A stretch of DNA of 64,000 bases from Diplonema japonicum (GCA_964019335.1 OZ025648.1:992001-1056000), one strand, 5' to 3'. Counted from the first letter of the stretch, positions 47,112 through 58,951 are shown. The notes: generated from the letters alone by a model not told the origin. Translations and numbers: made by a program.

Positions 47112-48765
47112 CTGTAAAACGAATAATGTCGGACGGAAAAATTCTCGGACAGAAAAACTCCCGGACACCAAAAAAACCCGGACATTTTTCCGTCCGGGAG
47201 TTTTTCTGGGAAGAAGTTTTTTTACTTAAGGGGGGTAGCAGCTCCCACCACGTTTGCCTGGAAGGGCTTTATTCCTTGTGCAGAGCCAAAATGTCACCCT
47301 GCGTGGCAGTTTGAATTTTTCTTCCCCTTTCAATGCACCAACAAACAGCACCCACGGGATCTTTAACTTCTCATAAACCCGTACTTCTTTCGTCAAATTG
47401 ACCAGTTCGACTACCCATGGCACGTTGAGCAGCTGGCTTGTGAGGGGCCCAACTTTGGTGCTGACACCCCCGGCCAGCTCACCCCCGAGAGGTGGAGGAG
47501 ATAAACTCCTTACACCGGGCCAGTACAAACCCCCGAAAGCAGCTTGGCGGCCTCTGCCTCGGTCAGAAGACGGCAGCAACAGGTTCAACAGAGCCCCCGG
47601 TTTCTTCCAGACGGAAATACTGGACGTTGCTATTCCACCCAACCACACCCTGGCCGCCGCGACGCCGTGATAGCTGCGTATCGCCCAATACGGGATTTAG
47701 CATCCTTCGGGGGCTGAAAGGTTTTTGCTTGAGTCGATAGGTAAACGGGCTTGGTGAGCCTATCCCAGCACAACAAATATGCACCTATGCAGAAGGGCTG
47801 CTGTGCGCCAATCCAGCCCGAAAGACAGACTGGTAGACTTTGGTGGGGCACTGTCCTTTTCCACTGGCTAGGCTGACAAAATTTTGCAGCAAGAAAGACA
47901 AAAGCCGCAAGCCACCTCCGGAAAGCCCGGAAACGAGAAGGACAACGAGAAGGCACGCTGTTTCACCATGGAATTCAGGTCCATAATCGACACCCATAAA
48001 GTAAGGCCGGAATTGGTGTCTGGAATACGGGGTTAAAAACCAAAACAAAAAAAAGGGGGTGCTAAGGTCGTAAAAGTCCGTGGCTTGGGGGACAAAACGG
48101 GCTATAACCGAACAGCTGGCTGTTTCCTTGGCTGGATGGTTAAATACAAAGGCAAAGCGGAAACGCAACCGGCAGGGATTATCCGTGCCCCGGTCAAGCA
48201 CCCGCCCACCGAATGGAGCCTAACGGCATCGCCCAATCATTGGGCTAATTATGATACTCGGTATCTGGGTTACGGAGCTGTTTCTTCCTTTTTGCTATAA
48301 ATCATCGATTCCCATGGTTTTGCCGAACGGGCCGATTCTGCTGCTTGTCGGCGACCACAACTCTCATACGACCTATGCCTATGGGTTCGTAGAGTGGTTC
48401 GTAGGCGCAAACGTGCACATTGCTTTTGTCCCCCTGGGCTCACCTACATGGTTCAACCGATGGATATTGGGTTGAACGCAGCTGTAAAGCATCTATTAAG
48501 AAAGGTAGTAGGCCACACGAAGGCTCGACAAGCTGATTGCCTCAGGGGCAGCAAGGGAGGACAAAGATGCAGAAAGGGAACCCTGGGGGTTTCTTCGCGC
48601 GGTTGCCGTTTGCAGCCCAGGCCAGTATGTAGGTGGTAGTGAACCAGGCCCCCTGACGGCCTTACCTAAAAAAAATTCCCGGACGGAAAAACTCCCGGAC
48701 GGAAAAATTCCCGGACGCCAAAAAAACTCGGACATTTTTCCGTCCGGGAGTTTTTCGTTTTACAG
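47112..48765 (+). mobile_element. pogo/Tigger-type transposon, copy 2, inverted relative to copy 1
   Basis: Reverse complement of 407-2044 with TA flanks. The differences seen are one extra 16-bp subterminal unit and one substitution (FAGA versus FVGA). Confidence 0.87.
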
Positions 48766-49506
48766 TATTTTTTATTCTCTCTCGCGCGCAACATCCGTAG
48801 CCATTCTGCATGAATGCAAATGACTTTTTCTTCTTCTTTTTTTTTTTTTTTTTTTTTAAGCTCAATAATCATCTGTTGTTGTTGTTGTTGTTTTTTTTTT
48901 TTTTTTTTTTTTTTTTTCTTTTTTTTTTTTTTTATTTTTTTTTTTTTCCTTTTAGGGGCAGCAAGACTTTTGACCGGTCTAGGTGCGTAGCGACACCTCC
49001 CCTTAAGCGAGTCATTTCAGGGAAGTCTGTGTCAGGGCGTTTCAAAACAGGGGTAACATGGATCGCATTTGGCTTCGGCAAAAGTAGTGCCGCACGTTTG
49101 ACGACAAACCCCTTGTACTTATGGTACACTTGGAGCCTTGCTAGACTTGGAGCCTTGACAGTAAAGGATCAATTTTTTTTTATATTCTCGCTCTTTAAAG
49201 AAAAAACGAAAAACGAAAAAAAGAAATAGAGGAAAAAAAAGCATGAAACTTTAGTTTTAAAGAAAATGAAAATGAAGCGAGAAGAAAGGGGGAGGGGAGG
49301 GGAAGGGGGAAAAAAAAAAAGAAAAAGAAAAAGAATCACCACGCAGACACACACAAAAAATCCTTTCCCACCCCTCCCCCTTTTTTTTCTTTTTTTTTCT
49401 CCTTCTGGAAAACAAACTTTGGTACATTTCTCACCATTTTTTTTTTTTTTTTACAAAAAAAAAAAAAAAAAAAAAAGGAGGGGCGCGAAAAAAAAAAACC
49501 AAAACA

Positions 49507-51240
49507 ATGGACCCACTTGGGATAAGCGCCTCAAACTGCCTAATGGAAAAGCAAACACTGGGCATCCCAGGCCAGATGTGTGAAAGTGAAGAAAGCGAGT
49601 GCGACGCAACAGAAATGAAGGAAAGGGTGAGGAAGAGAAAATCCATCACGGAGAAGAGCATGGTGAAGGGAGGCAGGGTTAGAAACATCGACATACGCAA
49701 CATAAAATGGGACATCAGCGAGAACAAGCTGAAAGAGTGGACCACAGAAGGCAGGAAAAAAAGAGTCACGAAAATGGTGGCCATCCTACTCGCAGTCCAA
49801 CTGGTCCTTGTTTCAGTACAGTGCAGCGGGGTCCTCGCCAAGGACAACGGACGATTTCTCACAAATTCGGACAATTCAAAAACTCCTTACTACCACGCTA
49901 TAGTGGCAGCAATATCGACAACTGCAATCGCGCAACTCATTCTAATCCACAAATATTACATGATGGAACTTGAGATGCTTCCTACTACAAATCCTTTATG
50001 GGTCAAAACAACGTTATGGGACTCCCCCATTCTCCGATATTACGTTACCGAAATTCTTATATTCTCTTTACACGAACCGCCGGGGCTGGCGTTCGCGTGG
50101 ACCCACTCTTACAAGCTCAGCATGCTGTGCTTGTTCAAATCGCATATATTCTGGCGGCTGTTAGCAGATATGTCATACACGCAACAACAAGGCGGAAAGC
50201 TTGTTTCTGCAATCGCTAGGATACGTATTACATGGACTTACCAGCTTCGTGCTGCCGCGTACACCCACCCATGGGTCTTTCAAGTCGCAATAAGCATAAC
50301 ATGTTTGATTGTGTTATCCGCATGTACTGTAATATCTAACGATGCGTTGTTGTCTGCAGGCGACGCGTTGTGGTTGACATTTGCGGTTATGACATCCGGC
50401 GATCCCAGGATAACGGAACCGGACAATTGGCTTGCGAAGGTTATTTCAGGTTTCGCCACGATCGTGGGGTTGGTGCTGGTGTCGTTGTTGATCACGCAGA
50501 TAAGCAGATCGATTGAATTGACAGCGAAACAAAAACGGGTTCTTCTGTTTATGTCTCAAGCGCAGCGTCACCAGGAGATTGAGGAACTGGCCGCTAGGAT
50601 ACTATGCAGAGGGTTCGTCAACTCGAGATTGAAATCTGAAAACCAACCCCAATCTGTTATCCAAAAGGGCCGGTCCGAACTATCAGCTCTATGCGAGGAA
50701 TTCAGGTGTGTCCGGAGGGGTTTCAACAGTAGTGTAGCGGATTTTCACGCGTTATGGCCTGACAACCTGCCAGTCGCAGCAAAGTTACGGGAAATCAACA
50801 CAATGACCTCAGTCCTGTTCGAGGAGAAGTTCAGCGTGAAGAAACGTAAGGAGCTTCTCAAGGACCTTTCCACTACTATTGCTCAGGAGGAGTCGCCCTT
50901 TCAATCCAGACGGGAGACAACGCGTTTTATTCAACGTACCAAACAACGTGAAGTGCAGTGTCCTCAAGGTACAGCAAGCTCATGTGACTCTCCATTGCCT
51001 GATGTTCGTGCTTGTTCTGATAGTGGGGTGCCCAATGCTGTCACAAATGGTAAGGTTGTAGCGATGCTGGAGACCATTCTCAAGAATCAGCATGATATGC
51101 AAATGCAGTGTGCTGAGCTTGCGAAGGAGGTGAAGGAGCTGAAGGCAGCGAAGGGTAAACGAAAGGGTCATGGCAACAACAGTGGTGGTCAAGGTGGCCC
51201 GCCTTCTCCTCCTGCGAGCCCTGCACCTGAACCGCCTTGA
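49507..51240 (+). CDS. SK/KCNN-like channel subunit with a degenerate selectivity filter
   Basis: EILIFSLHEPPG and a pore helix GDALWLTFAVMTSGD followed by EPDNWLAKVISGFATIVGLVLVSLLI..ISRSIELT..QKRV, but no GYG. Confidence 0.75.
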   Translation: MDPLGISASNCLMEKQTLGIPGQMCESEESECDATEMKERVRKRKSITEKSMVKGGRVRNIDIRNIKWDISENKLKEWTTEGRKKRVTKMVAILLAVQLVLVSVQCSGVLAKDNGRFLTNSDNSKTPYYHAIVAAISTTAIAQLILIHKYYMMELEMLPTTNPLWVKTTLWDSPILRYYVTEILIFSLHEPPGLAFAWTHSYKLSMLCLFKSHIFWRLLADMSYTQQQGGKLVSAIARIRITWTYQLRAAAYTHPWVFQVAISITCLIVLSACTVISNDALLSAGDALWLTFAVMTSGDPRITEPDNWLAKVISGFATIVGLVLVSLLITQISRSIELTAKQKRVLLFMSQAQRHQEIEELAARILCRGFVNSRLKSENQPQSVIQKGRSELSALCEEFRCVRRGFNSSVADFHALWPDNLPVAAKLREINTMTSVLFEEKFSVKKRKELLKDLSTTIAQEESPFQSRRETTRFIQRTKQREVQCPQGTASSCDSPLPDVRACSDSGVPNAVTNGKVVAMLETILKNQHDMQMQCAELAKEVKELKAAKGKRKGHGNNSGGQGGPPSPPASPAPEPP

Positions 51241-52233
51241 AAGAAAAAAAGAGTGGGCTCTTTGTTTTTTTTTTTTAAAACCACTTCGTTTTCCTATCAT
51301 AAGTGAATTTTTTTTCTCGAATCTCTCTCCATTCCATACCCCTCGAAAAGAGGTTAATAAAAAGTATGAGGGCGAATTTTTTTTCCTTTCTTTCTTTTCT
51401 TTTTTTTTTTTTTTTAAATCTTATTCGCAGAGTGTCGTGAAATAAGAAAAAAAAAAAAAAAAGACACCACTTACTCTGCCTCCAAAATTGCTTCTTTTTT
51501 TTTTTTTTACCTTCCCCTCGGTTCCGCACTTTTACCTTGGGAGGGAAAACTTATTACTTGGCAGAAAATAGCTATTGTTGGGGGGTGGGAAAGGGGGAAT
51601 TTGTTCTTTCTCTCCCTTCCCCCCTCTCTTCTTTCCTTTTTCTTCGTTTTGCTGAAGCATGTTGCGATACCGCTTCGATTTCCCTTTCTCTCTCTCTCTC
51701 TTTTTTTCTTCCTTATTCACGTGCCGTTTCGTTTCGTTTCTTTCCTTTCTTAGATGCCATATATTCACTTCTTAACCCTTTGTCTTCTGAAATTTTTTCT
51801 CTTTTTTTCCCCCCCCTCCCCCACCCTTTCTTGATGTGGGCCCCTTTCTTCGTAAGCAATGCAATGGATTTTGTGCCGTGCATTTATTTTTGACCGATCA
51901 AGAAACGGGAAGGGGAGAACAGACGAAAAAGGGACGAAATAAATAGCAATTTTTGATTCACAATCTGTCACTCCACACTTACTTCACGTGCCTTCTTCCC
52001 CTGTAGCGCCGGTTTTTCTGGAGGGTGCAGTAATGAAGCAAGATCGAGAGGAGTAAAAACATATTTTTTTTTATAAAAAAAAAACCCCAACCAAGTGAGA
52101 GACGAAAGATAAAAATATGGGGATTCTGATGTATACCTTATATTTTTACCCCCCCTTTTTTTTGTATTCCTTCCCCCCCCTACCTTCTGAACCCTAAGGA
52201 AACGGACACAAAACACAAAAAAAAAAAAAAAAA

Positions 52234-53120
52234 ATGTGTAACAAAATAATTTTAGCAATACTTTGCACGATGTGTGCACTTGGGTGCTCCGAGGGGTCAA
52301 CGTGCCACAGAATGGTTGAGTTGGTCGACACAATTGGTATTTCTTTTTTTTTTTTTTTTTTTTTTTTTAACCATTAAACCCACATGTCATATATATATGA
52401 CATAAAAAAAAAAAGAAAAAATCTATAGGCCTTTTGGTCAAATTATGATTTATTTTGCACTTTTTTCTACTCCTCTTCCCCCCCTTACCAAAAAGGGTGT
52501 TGGGTCAAAAATCATAAGTTCAAAAGCGAGTTCAGGGGAACCCTGATACCTGAATGTCTCCAGAAGTCATTTCTCCATAAAAAGAACACTTTGTATGGTT
52601 ATGCTGCCATTTTTTTGAATTTTTTGGAATCGCCTCAAAAATGGGCTTTTTTCGGTTTTTTTGCCTGTGGGCTTAATGGTTAATTTCCAAAAAAAAAGAA
52701 GAAAAAAAAAAAAAAAAAGAGATAAAAACTAGAGAACGTACCCTCCATGTGCCCCTAGCATGGGAGGACGAGGAGGAAACCCAAATATCGTACAAAGGAA
52801 CAATTTGCACCATAAAACAAACGGAGGAGGGCTGCAAAGTAGCATTCGGGGAGGAATGGGAGGCTGACATTGAACTGCAATCCCTTGACGATATCACCGT
52901 TGGTAAGGGCATGTTTAAAACACAAACCGAGGAATGCGTCCTTCGTCTCAGCGCGATCAAAGGAGTCGCATCAGGTATTGTAATGTGCGCAGGGGAGTCG
53001 ACGTTTACCTTCTCCACCGCCGACAAAACATCACTCTCGAGCTTCGATGAGCTACGGAGATATTTACCCGTTAGCTTGATGGTTCTGTTCTTGATAGGAA
53101 GGTACATTTGGATGGCTTGA
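52234..53120 (+). CDS. Small protein with signal peptide and C-terminal TM; intron 52337-52734
   Basis: Exon 1 (MCNKIILAILCTMCALGCS...) splices in frame to ORF 52749, which ends YLPVSLMVLFLIGRYIWMA*. Confidence 0.6.
52371..52679. mobile_element. piggyBac-like MITE (309 bp), intronic
   Basis: TTAA|CCATTAAACCCACA...TGTGGGCTTAATGG|TTAA. Confidence 0.8.
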
Positions 53121-53267
53121 TAACGTGAGGGGGTTTGAAGAACGAGGGTGCATACCCTTTCTTTCTTTTCTTTTTTTTCTTTTTTTTTTTTTCTTCAGAA
53201 TTTCACGTCACAGAAAAAAAGAGAAAAAAAAAGAAGAGGGGGGAAAAAAAGGGGGGGGTAAAAAGAA

Positions 53268-53876
53268 ATGTTCGCCCGCACCCCAGAGCTCGATGTTGAG
53301 ATCCTGCATTGGTTGCCAGTTAAAGAATGGGCTCCGGTGAGGTGTTCAAAGAAAGCTTGTGCGACTGTGGAAAGCGCGGGGAGGGTGCTGGTCAGCGAGA
53401 TGGAGCGAAAAATAAAACAAGGCGGTGGGATCCTTGATGAGGCTGAAAGGAGCGAAGCTGAAAGAAAACTTGTTGAGGCGTACAGAGAGCAGGAGTCTCG
53501 CGTGTGCCAAGACGCTGGCTTGCTGAAGAAAAGAGACTTGGTAAAGGCGCGGAACATGGAGGCGCACGGTCTAGTTGTCCAAGCAGGCTCTATCATATTA
53601 GGCAAGCCCACCACCTTCGTCACCGCGCAGAGGTACCTTTTTATGTTCGATTTACCCAATTTGCTGTTTCTTGAAGGGAACGTGCTGCGAAAACTGTCTA
53701 GATCAAGCATCACTCCTCACGTCAGCCATCCTGTGCCCCATGATGGGTCCAAGGCCCTCATTGTGCTGTTTGATTGGGTGGCAAATGTGTGTGCGTGCAA
53801 GGAAGCTGTAGCAAAGCTTACTTGTGGTGTTGACATAGATTTTTTAAAATTGTTAAGAAATAGATTTAATTGTTAG
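53268..53876 (+). CDS. Hypothetical protein with an F-box-like N-terminus and a possible PH-like C-terminus
   Basis: TPELDVEILHWLPVKE resembles an F-box start. QRYLFMFDLPNLLFLE resembles PDK1-type PH strands. Confidence 0.5.
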   Translation: MFARTPELDVEILHWLPVKEWAPVRCSKKACATVESAGRVLVSEMERKIKQGGGILDEAERSEAERKLVEAYREQESRVCQDAGLLKKRDLVKARNMEAHGLVVQAGSIILGKPTTFVTAQRYLFMFDLPNLLFLEGNVLRKLSRSSITPHVSHPVPHDGSKALIVLFDWVANVCACKEAVAKLTCGVDIDFLKLLRNRFNC

Positions 53877-54245
53877 AAAGAAAAGGTAAAGGTGGTGTAT
53901 TGGCTGGGTAGAGAGTCCTTTACCCTTTCTTTTTTTTTTTATTGTGAAAAACCGAAGGAAGTATAAAACCAAAAAAAAGAAGGGGGGGTAAAGCCCCCTC
54001 CTTTTCTGTATGCGTTGTTCTGTTCTATCTTGCTTCCATATTATTTTTTTTTTCTTCTTTCATTTTCTTCCGAAAAGTTTTTTTTTTGCACCCCCTTTTC
54101 CCCTTCTTTTTTTCCCCCTTTTTTTATTACCCGTATCTTTGTGTTTGGACAAGGGGTGTTTTTTTTTTATTTTATTTTATTTTATCCTATTTAATTTTTT
54201 TTTCTTCTTCCACAAATTTAAAAAAAGGAAACAAAAAAAAAAAAA

Positions 54246-55985
54246 ATGCAGTTGAGACCAGCCACCCAGCTGTATCCCAGAAAGATCAGAGTGGAAGGTG
54301 ACCTGAGAGACGTGTGTGACGCCCACGATCTAAGCGACTTCGGTGCCTCGGCCTTGCTCGTGCTCGGGTCGTTGTTCAACCTGTTGGAAGACACGGTGTG
54401 GAACGGTATCCTACTGTTCGCCCTGGTGATGTTAAGGATAGCCAGCATATTCGTGAACCTGGTCATCGAACCTGCTGTCTACATACAAATGACTATCATG
54501 TGGGCGCTCGGCAAACCCGTGAAAGATAGAATCTCATTTGTCAACTTCGCAAACCCAATCTTCCTGGAGTACACCCCCGACAATAACCTCATAGATGAAC
54601 TACTGACGAACACCACGGAACAGCACGCCTGGAACATAGATCTCGCGACATATTTCGCTGTTCTTTCTGCCGCTGTTTATGAAAACAACCACGTTCATGT
54701 CCGTCTCTTTGAAAGATACGGGTTTCCAATTCACAAACAAACAAGAATACTCATGAGCACAAGCTGCGCAGCTACCATCGTCACAAGAGAAGTAAACGGA
54801 AAGCTCGTCATACTGGTCATCTTCAAAGGCACCTCTCCCTTCGATATCAACGAGTACTGGAAGGACGCTGCTATTCAAAAAATTGACACATATGTTTCCA
54901 GATTAAAGTATGGATCTAATCTAAACGGTGAGATCCACGCCGGGTTTGACAATGCACTGACACATCCTCCTGTTCAGCAGAACGATATGCCAACGGAGAG
55001 GGATACTGAAAGGAGGAACAACAATGTTGAGCCACCTCAGCCTTCTTCTATGGATTTGATTCTTCAAGAGGTTGGAAATGCGATTGCAACGTTCCGCGAC
55101 AAGCAGCTTATGGAACAGAAGGAATTCACACCTGAAAACGATGTGTGTTTGTGGTTGTCCGGGCATTCTTTAGGAGCTGCGCTTGCGACTTTGTTTACTT
55201 CGTTTGTGTTAACAGCCCCGGAGGACGTGCAGGCGAGCTGTCCTTCTGATCGATTTAAAAAATTCGTTCCAGATGTTCAGAGGTCGTTGAAGGGAATCTA
55301 CACCATTGGAAACCCCCGTGTGGGGAGCAGGGACACCTCGGAGCAAACGAACAGAATTCTCCGTGAAAAAAACATCCAGTTTTACAGAATGAGGAACTGC
55401 AACGACATGATAGGGATCTCACCTCCCGGTTCAGGAATGGTCAGCGAGATTTTCGAAGATGCTTACAATGTTCAGAACATAGACCCCACCATTCCAAAGG
55501 TTCAAACTTTGACAAATTACGGAGAGATTGGGGAGGAATACCGCCTTAGTAGATTTGGGGGTTACTGGGAACCCAGTATGATTCCCCCGTACACACCCAC
55601 GCAGCACAGGGGATCTGGTTTGATAAGAAGGATTCTGAGTTGGGTTGTGCCTGCTTATATTTCGGTGCCGATCGAAATTGTTAAGTGGGCTTTTTTTTTT
55701 GAAAGGGTGGTGATGGTGCATATGCTGCCCAGGGTGAAGAAGTACCTTGTAGACTTTCCGCACACTGTTTGGTACTGTGCGTTGGTTTGGGTGAACTTGC
55801 TGATGTGTGGGTTCCAGTATTTCTTTTCGTTCTTCAAATCTCCTCCTGCAGACCCCTTGGACAGCTTGGTAGAGAGGCCCACCTTGCTCTTGATGATTGG
55901 CCAGTTTCTGGCACCATCGATAATTTTCGATCACATCCCGTGTAATTATGTCAGGCACCTGCATATGATCAAAAGAAGGGGGTGA
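54246..55985 (+). CDS. Class 3 lipase with hydrophobic segments
   Basis: VIFKGT, IHAGF, WLSGHSLGAALA (GxSxG), YTIGNPRVG and NCND. Confidence 0.9.
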   Translation: MQLRPATQLYPRKIRVEGDLRDVCDAHDLSDFGASALLVLGSLFNLLEDTVWNGILLFALVMLRIASIFVNLVIEPAVYIQMTIMWALGKPVKDRISFVNFANPIFLEYTPDNNLIDELLTNTTEQHAWNIDLATYFAVLSAAVYENNHVHVRLFERYGFPIHKQTRILMSTSCAATIVTREVNGKLVILVIFKGTSPFDINEYWKDAAIQKIDTYVSRLKYGSNLNGEIHAGFDNALTHPPVQQNDMPTERDTERRNNNVEPPQPSSMDLILQEVGNAIATFRDKQLMEQKEFTPENDVCLWLSGHSLGAALATLFTSFVLTAPEDVQASCPSDRFKKFVPDVQRSLKGIYTIGNPRVGSRDTSEQTNRILREKNIQFYRMRNCNDMIGISPPGSGMVSEIFEDAYNVQNIDPTIPKVQTLTNYGEIGEEYRLSRFGGYWEPSMIPPYTPTQHRGSGLIRRILSWVVPAYISVPIEIVKWAFFFERVVMVHMLPRVKKYLVDFPHTVWYCALVWVNLLMCGFQYFFSFFKSPPADPLDSLVERPTLLLMIGQFLAPSIIFDHIPCNYVRHLHMIKRRG

Positions 55986-56155
55986 GAGAGAAACAAAAAA
56001 AAAAAGAAAGAAAAAGAAAAATGATTTGTAATAGTTGCGTGTGATGTCTTTTTTTTTTTTAATCTCTTTTTTTGTTTTTTTTTTTTGAATTGAAAGGGGA
56101 AATAAATAAAAAAAACCCCCATGGAATGCGAGATAAAATATGGGTTTTTTTTTAT

Positions 56156-57655
56156 CCCCTAAACGCCCGGAGCCTATCTACGGTACCCCCCCATTTTCGT
56201 TGTTGCTTTAAATACTCAAAAAAAGGGCAGCATGCAACCATAGGAAGGTGCAAGGAAAGGGTAAACGGTACTTTTCAATTCCAGGTGCCAGATTCAGATG
56301 AGAACACTTAACTATGTGTGTAAGAGGGGGTGTACTTTTTATGTCCGATTTTGGGGGGTCTTGTCGTGGGGGGTCCGTGGAGTTATGGCTGGGCTAAAAA
56401 GGGCAGCATTCAGCCCTATTTGGTGCGGTCAGTCTGGAGACTTTTTGGGGCTGTGGGATGAAAAAAGCAACTTGTGAGTTTTTTTTCCAGCTGGGGTAGC
56501 ATGCAAGGGTAAAAAACACGTTTTGCATAAGGGGGTTTCGCAACAGGGGCACCACGTTTGCACCTTCTTCCCGCACCCAGGAACAGCACAGAGCACCCTC
56601 CTCACCTTCGTTCCGTTTATCATGGTCTCGGAGGTGTGATTTAGGGTCAAATCGAGACGTTTTGGGTATTTCTGAGTGAGGGAATCCTCATTGCTGCGTG
56701 TTTGCGCTTGGGGGTCGGTGACGGTGTTGTCGGGGGGTGTGTGCTATCGGTTTTTGGGGCATGGGTGAGAAGCTTGCCAACAAGTTCTTCTTTGAAGCTC
56801 GGGAAGCCATAATTTTTGCCACATTCCTTGCTCTTCTGGAGGAGTTGGCAACACAGCTTTCCAGGACCCAATAAAAAACGACCATGGTCCACTTCCGGGT
56901 TTTCATATGCCGAACTCCAGTCCCCACGCACAGTCCTACACCGGTTGACAATGATGTCAAGAAACCTACGCATGAGGTGCAGTTTCAGGCCTTACTGATG
57001 TTTCCAGGTTGTCAAAGGTCGGCGCTGTATGTCAACGAATCGGTTTCCTCATTTTCTCAAAAGCCGGGATGGTTAAATTAGAATTTGTTGTCCAGTAGCT
57101 CTTCATATTCGGTGCCGAGCGTAACCCCATTAACAGGACCAACCCAAGCCAAATTTTGTACTCTGGGATGGAAGGATTCAGATCCCGCTGTTTTTTTGAA
57201 CCGAAACGACCGTTCGTGGAAGAAACTATGAGCTCAAGGACCGCGTGTGTAAAAAAAAAGATTAAAAACGCCCTCCTCATTGGTCGCTTCACCTAGGTGT
57301 CCTAAGCCCACCTTTTCACGGAAATGATATGTTTCGGGCCTTTGGGAGTATTTCTCCCACCCAAGCATCGTTTCCGGCCCCTCTTTGACCGCCTCATCGT
57401 CTTTTTCTTCTTTATCTGACCAGTCGGGGGAGACTCACGTTTTCGCTGCTATTTTGACCATCTGATTTCATTTTAAGCCAACCCTGCCGGTTTCAATTAA
57501 AACAAAACTTTTAACGCAAAATGTAGTTCCAAGACAAAATAAACCGCGCAACAATGCCATATTTTGAAGTCCAGGGGCCGTGTTCAAAAAAAAGTACTTA
57601 GCGAAAAAGCAAATTTTGAAATAAGGACAAAAACGTCCGCGCGAGCGTTTAGGGG
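56156..57655 (-). mobile_element. Internally deleted, degenerate piggyBac transposon (1,500 bp)
   Basis: TIR CCCCTAAACGC..GCGTTTAGGGG with a 4-bp TSD TTAT. Minus-strand remnants: LELIVSSTN..WLGLVLLMG..SYW, KWTMVVFYWVLESCVANS, and the Cys-rich end CAVPGCGKKVQTWCPCCETPLCKTCFLPLH. Confidence 0.87.
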
Positions 57656-57827
57656 TTATATTTATTTCTTTATTAATTCATGTGCTCCAATTTTCTTTTT
57701 TTCTGAGAAGAAAGAGGGAAGGGGAGAAAAAGAAAAGAAAAGAGAGAGTGCGTGTTTTTTCTTTCGCAGATTCCTTCTTTTTTTTCTTTCTTTCTTCTTC
57801 TCGTCGTTTTCTTTCTTTTTATTTATT

Positions 57828-57870
<43 letters not shown>

Positions 57871-58348
57871 TACCACGCATCCCCTGCCCCCGTGCCCTGT
57901 TTTTCTTTTTTTTTTGGTTCTCTGATGCAAAAAAAAAAGAATAAACAGAGGTCTTTAACTTGCCCCCCCCCCTTTTTTTTTAAAGAAAACATTTCCTTAC
58001 GGCCGTTTGCTCCTCCTCTCCTTGAGCGTTCTTTCCCCCCCCTTTTTTTCCTCTTTTCTTTTCGTCTGCTTGACAAAGATAAAGACACAGCGTAAGTAAT
58101 TGTAGCCATTCGTCAATCATTTGTCTGCGGTGTATAAAGAAAAAGGACTCTTTTTACTCTCTCTCCCCCCTCCCCGTTTTTTCTTTCATTCTTTTTTTAA
58201 GAAAATGAGCAAAGAAAGAAAGGGCCGGGGAAAAGCTCCATTTTAAAAAGATATCTCCCTTCCCCATATTCTATTCGTGTCCAACATATCCATCACACAC
58301 CAACAAGAAAAAAAAGAAGGGGGGGGGAAAAAACTCCATCAAGAAAAA

Positions 58349-58407
58349 ATGGGTGAGTTGCAGAAGTCAGTTACGTTGGTAACATCGATGGGGGAGATAG
58401 AGGTATT

Positions 58408-58498
<91 letters not shown>

Positions 58499-58951
58499 CT
58501 GGAATTTTATCCGGATTACGCACCGAAAACAGTGGAGAATTTTTTGACCTTAGTGGGGAAAAAGTACTACGACGATACAGTCTCGCACAGAATTATCAGC
58601 GATTTCATGGTGCAGATGGGCGACCCTACAGGCACAGGCAGAGGGGGAAAATCTTGCTGGGGTCACGCATTTGAAGATGAGTGCACACGGAACCTGAAGC
58701 ATACTGGGGCAGGGATTCTGTCCATGGCAAACTCCGGCCCTGACACAAATGGCAGCCAGTTCTTCCTCACCCTAGGCCCTGCAGAGTGGCTTGATGGGAA
58801 ACACACGATTTTCGGCAGAGTGTCCAAAGGCATGCGGGTGCTCAAACGTCTAGGCCGCGTCCCAGTTGACAAGAACGACCGGCCCCTGGAAGAGGTGAAA
58901 ATTATCAAAGCCACAACAGGCACCTCAGTTCGCCAACCCAGACCTTATTAA
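58349..58951 (+). CDS. PPIL1: Cyclophilin-type PPIase, PPIL1-like; intron 58403-58498
   Basis: GDPTGTGRGG, LKHTGAGILSMANSGPDTNGSQFF and WLDGKHTIFGRV. The intron is A38 followed by (CA)25. Confidence 0.85.

Noticed and set aside
407-48765. A 48-kb composite transposon bounded by the two pogo copies
   Set aside because: The cargo is housekeeping genes co-oriented with the flanking genes, and TA flanks are uninformative. Two independent insertions are simpler.
57830-57868. (TA)n microsatellite
   Set aside because: An ordinary simple repeat with no associated structure.
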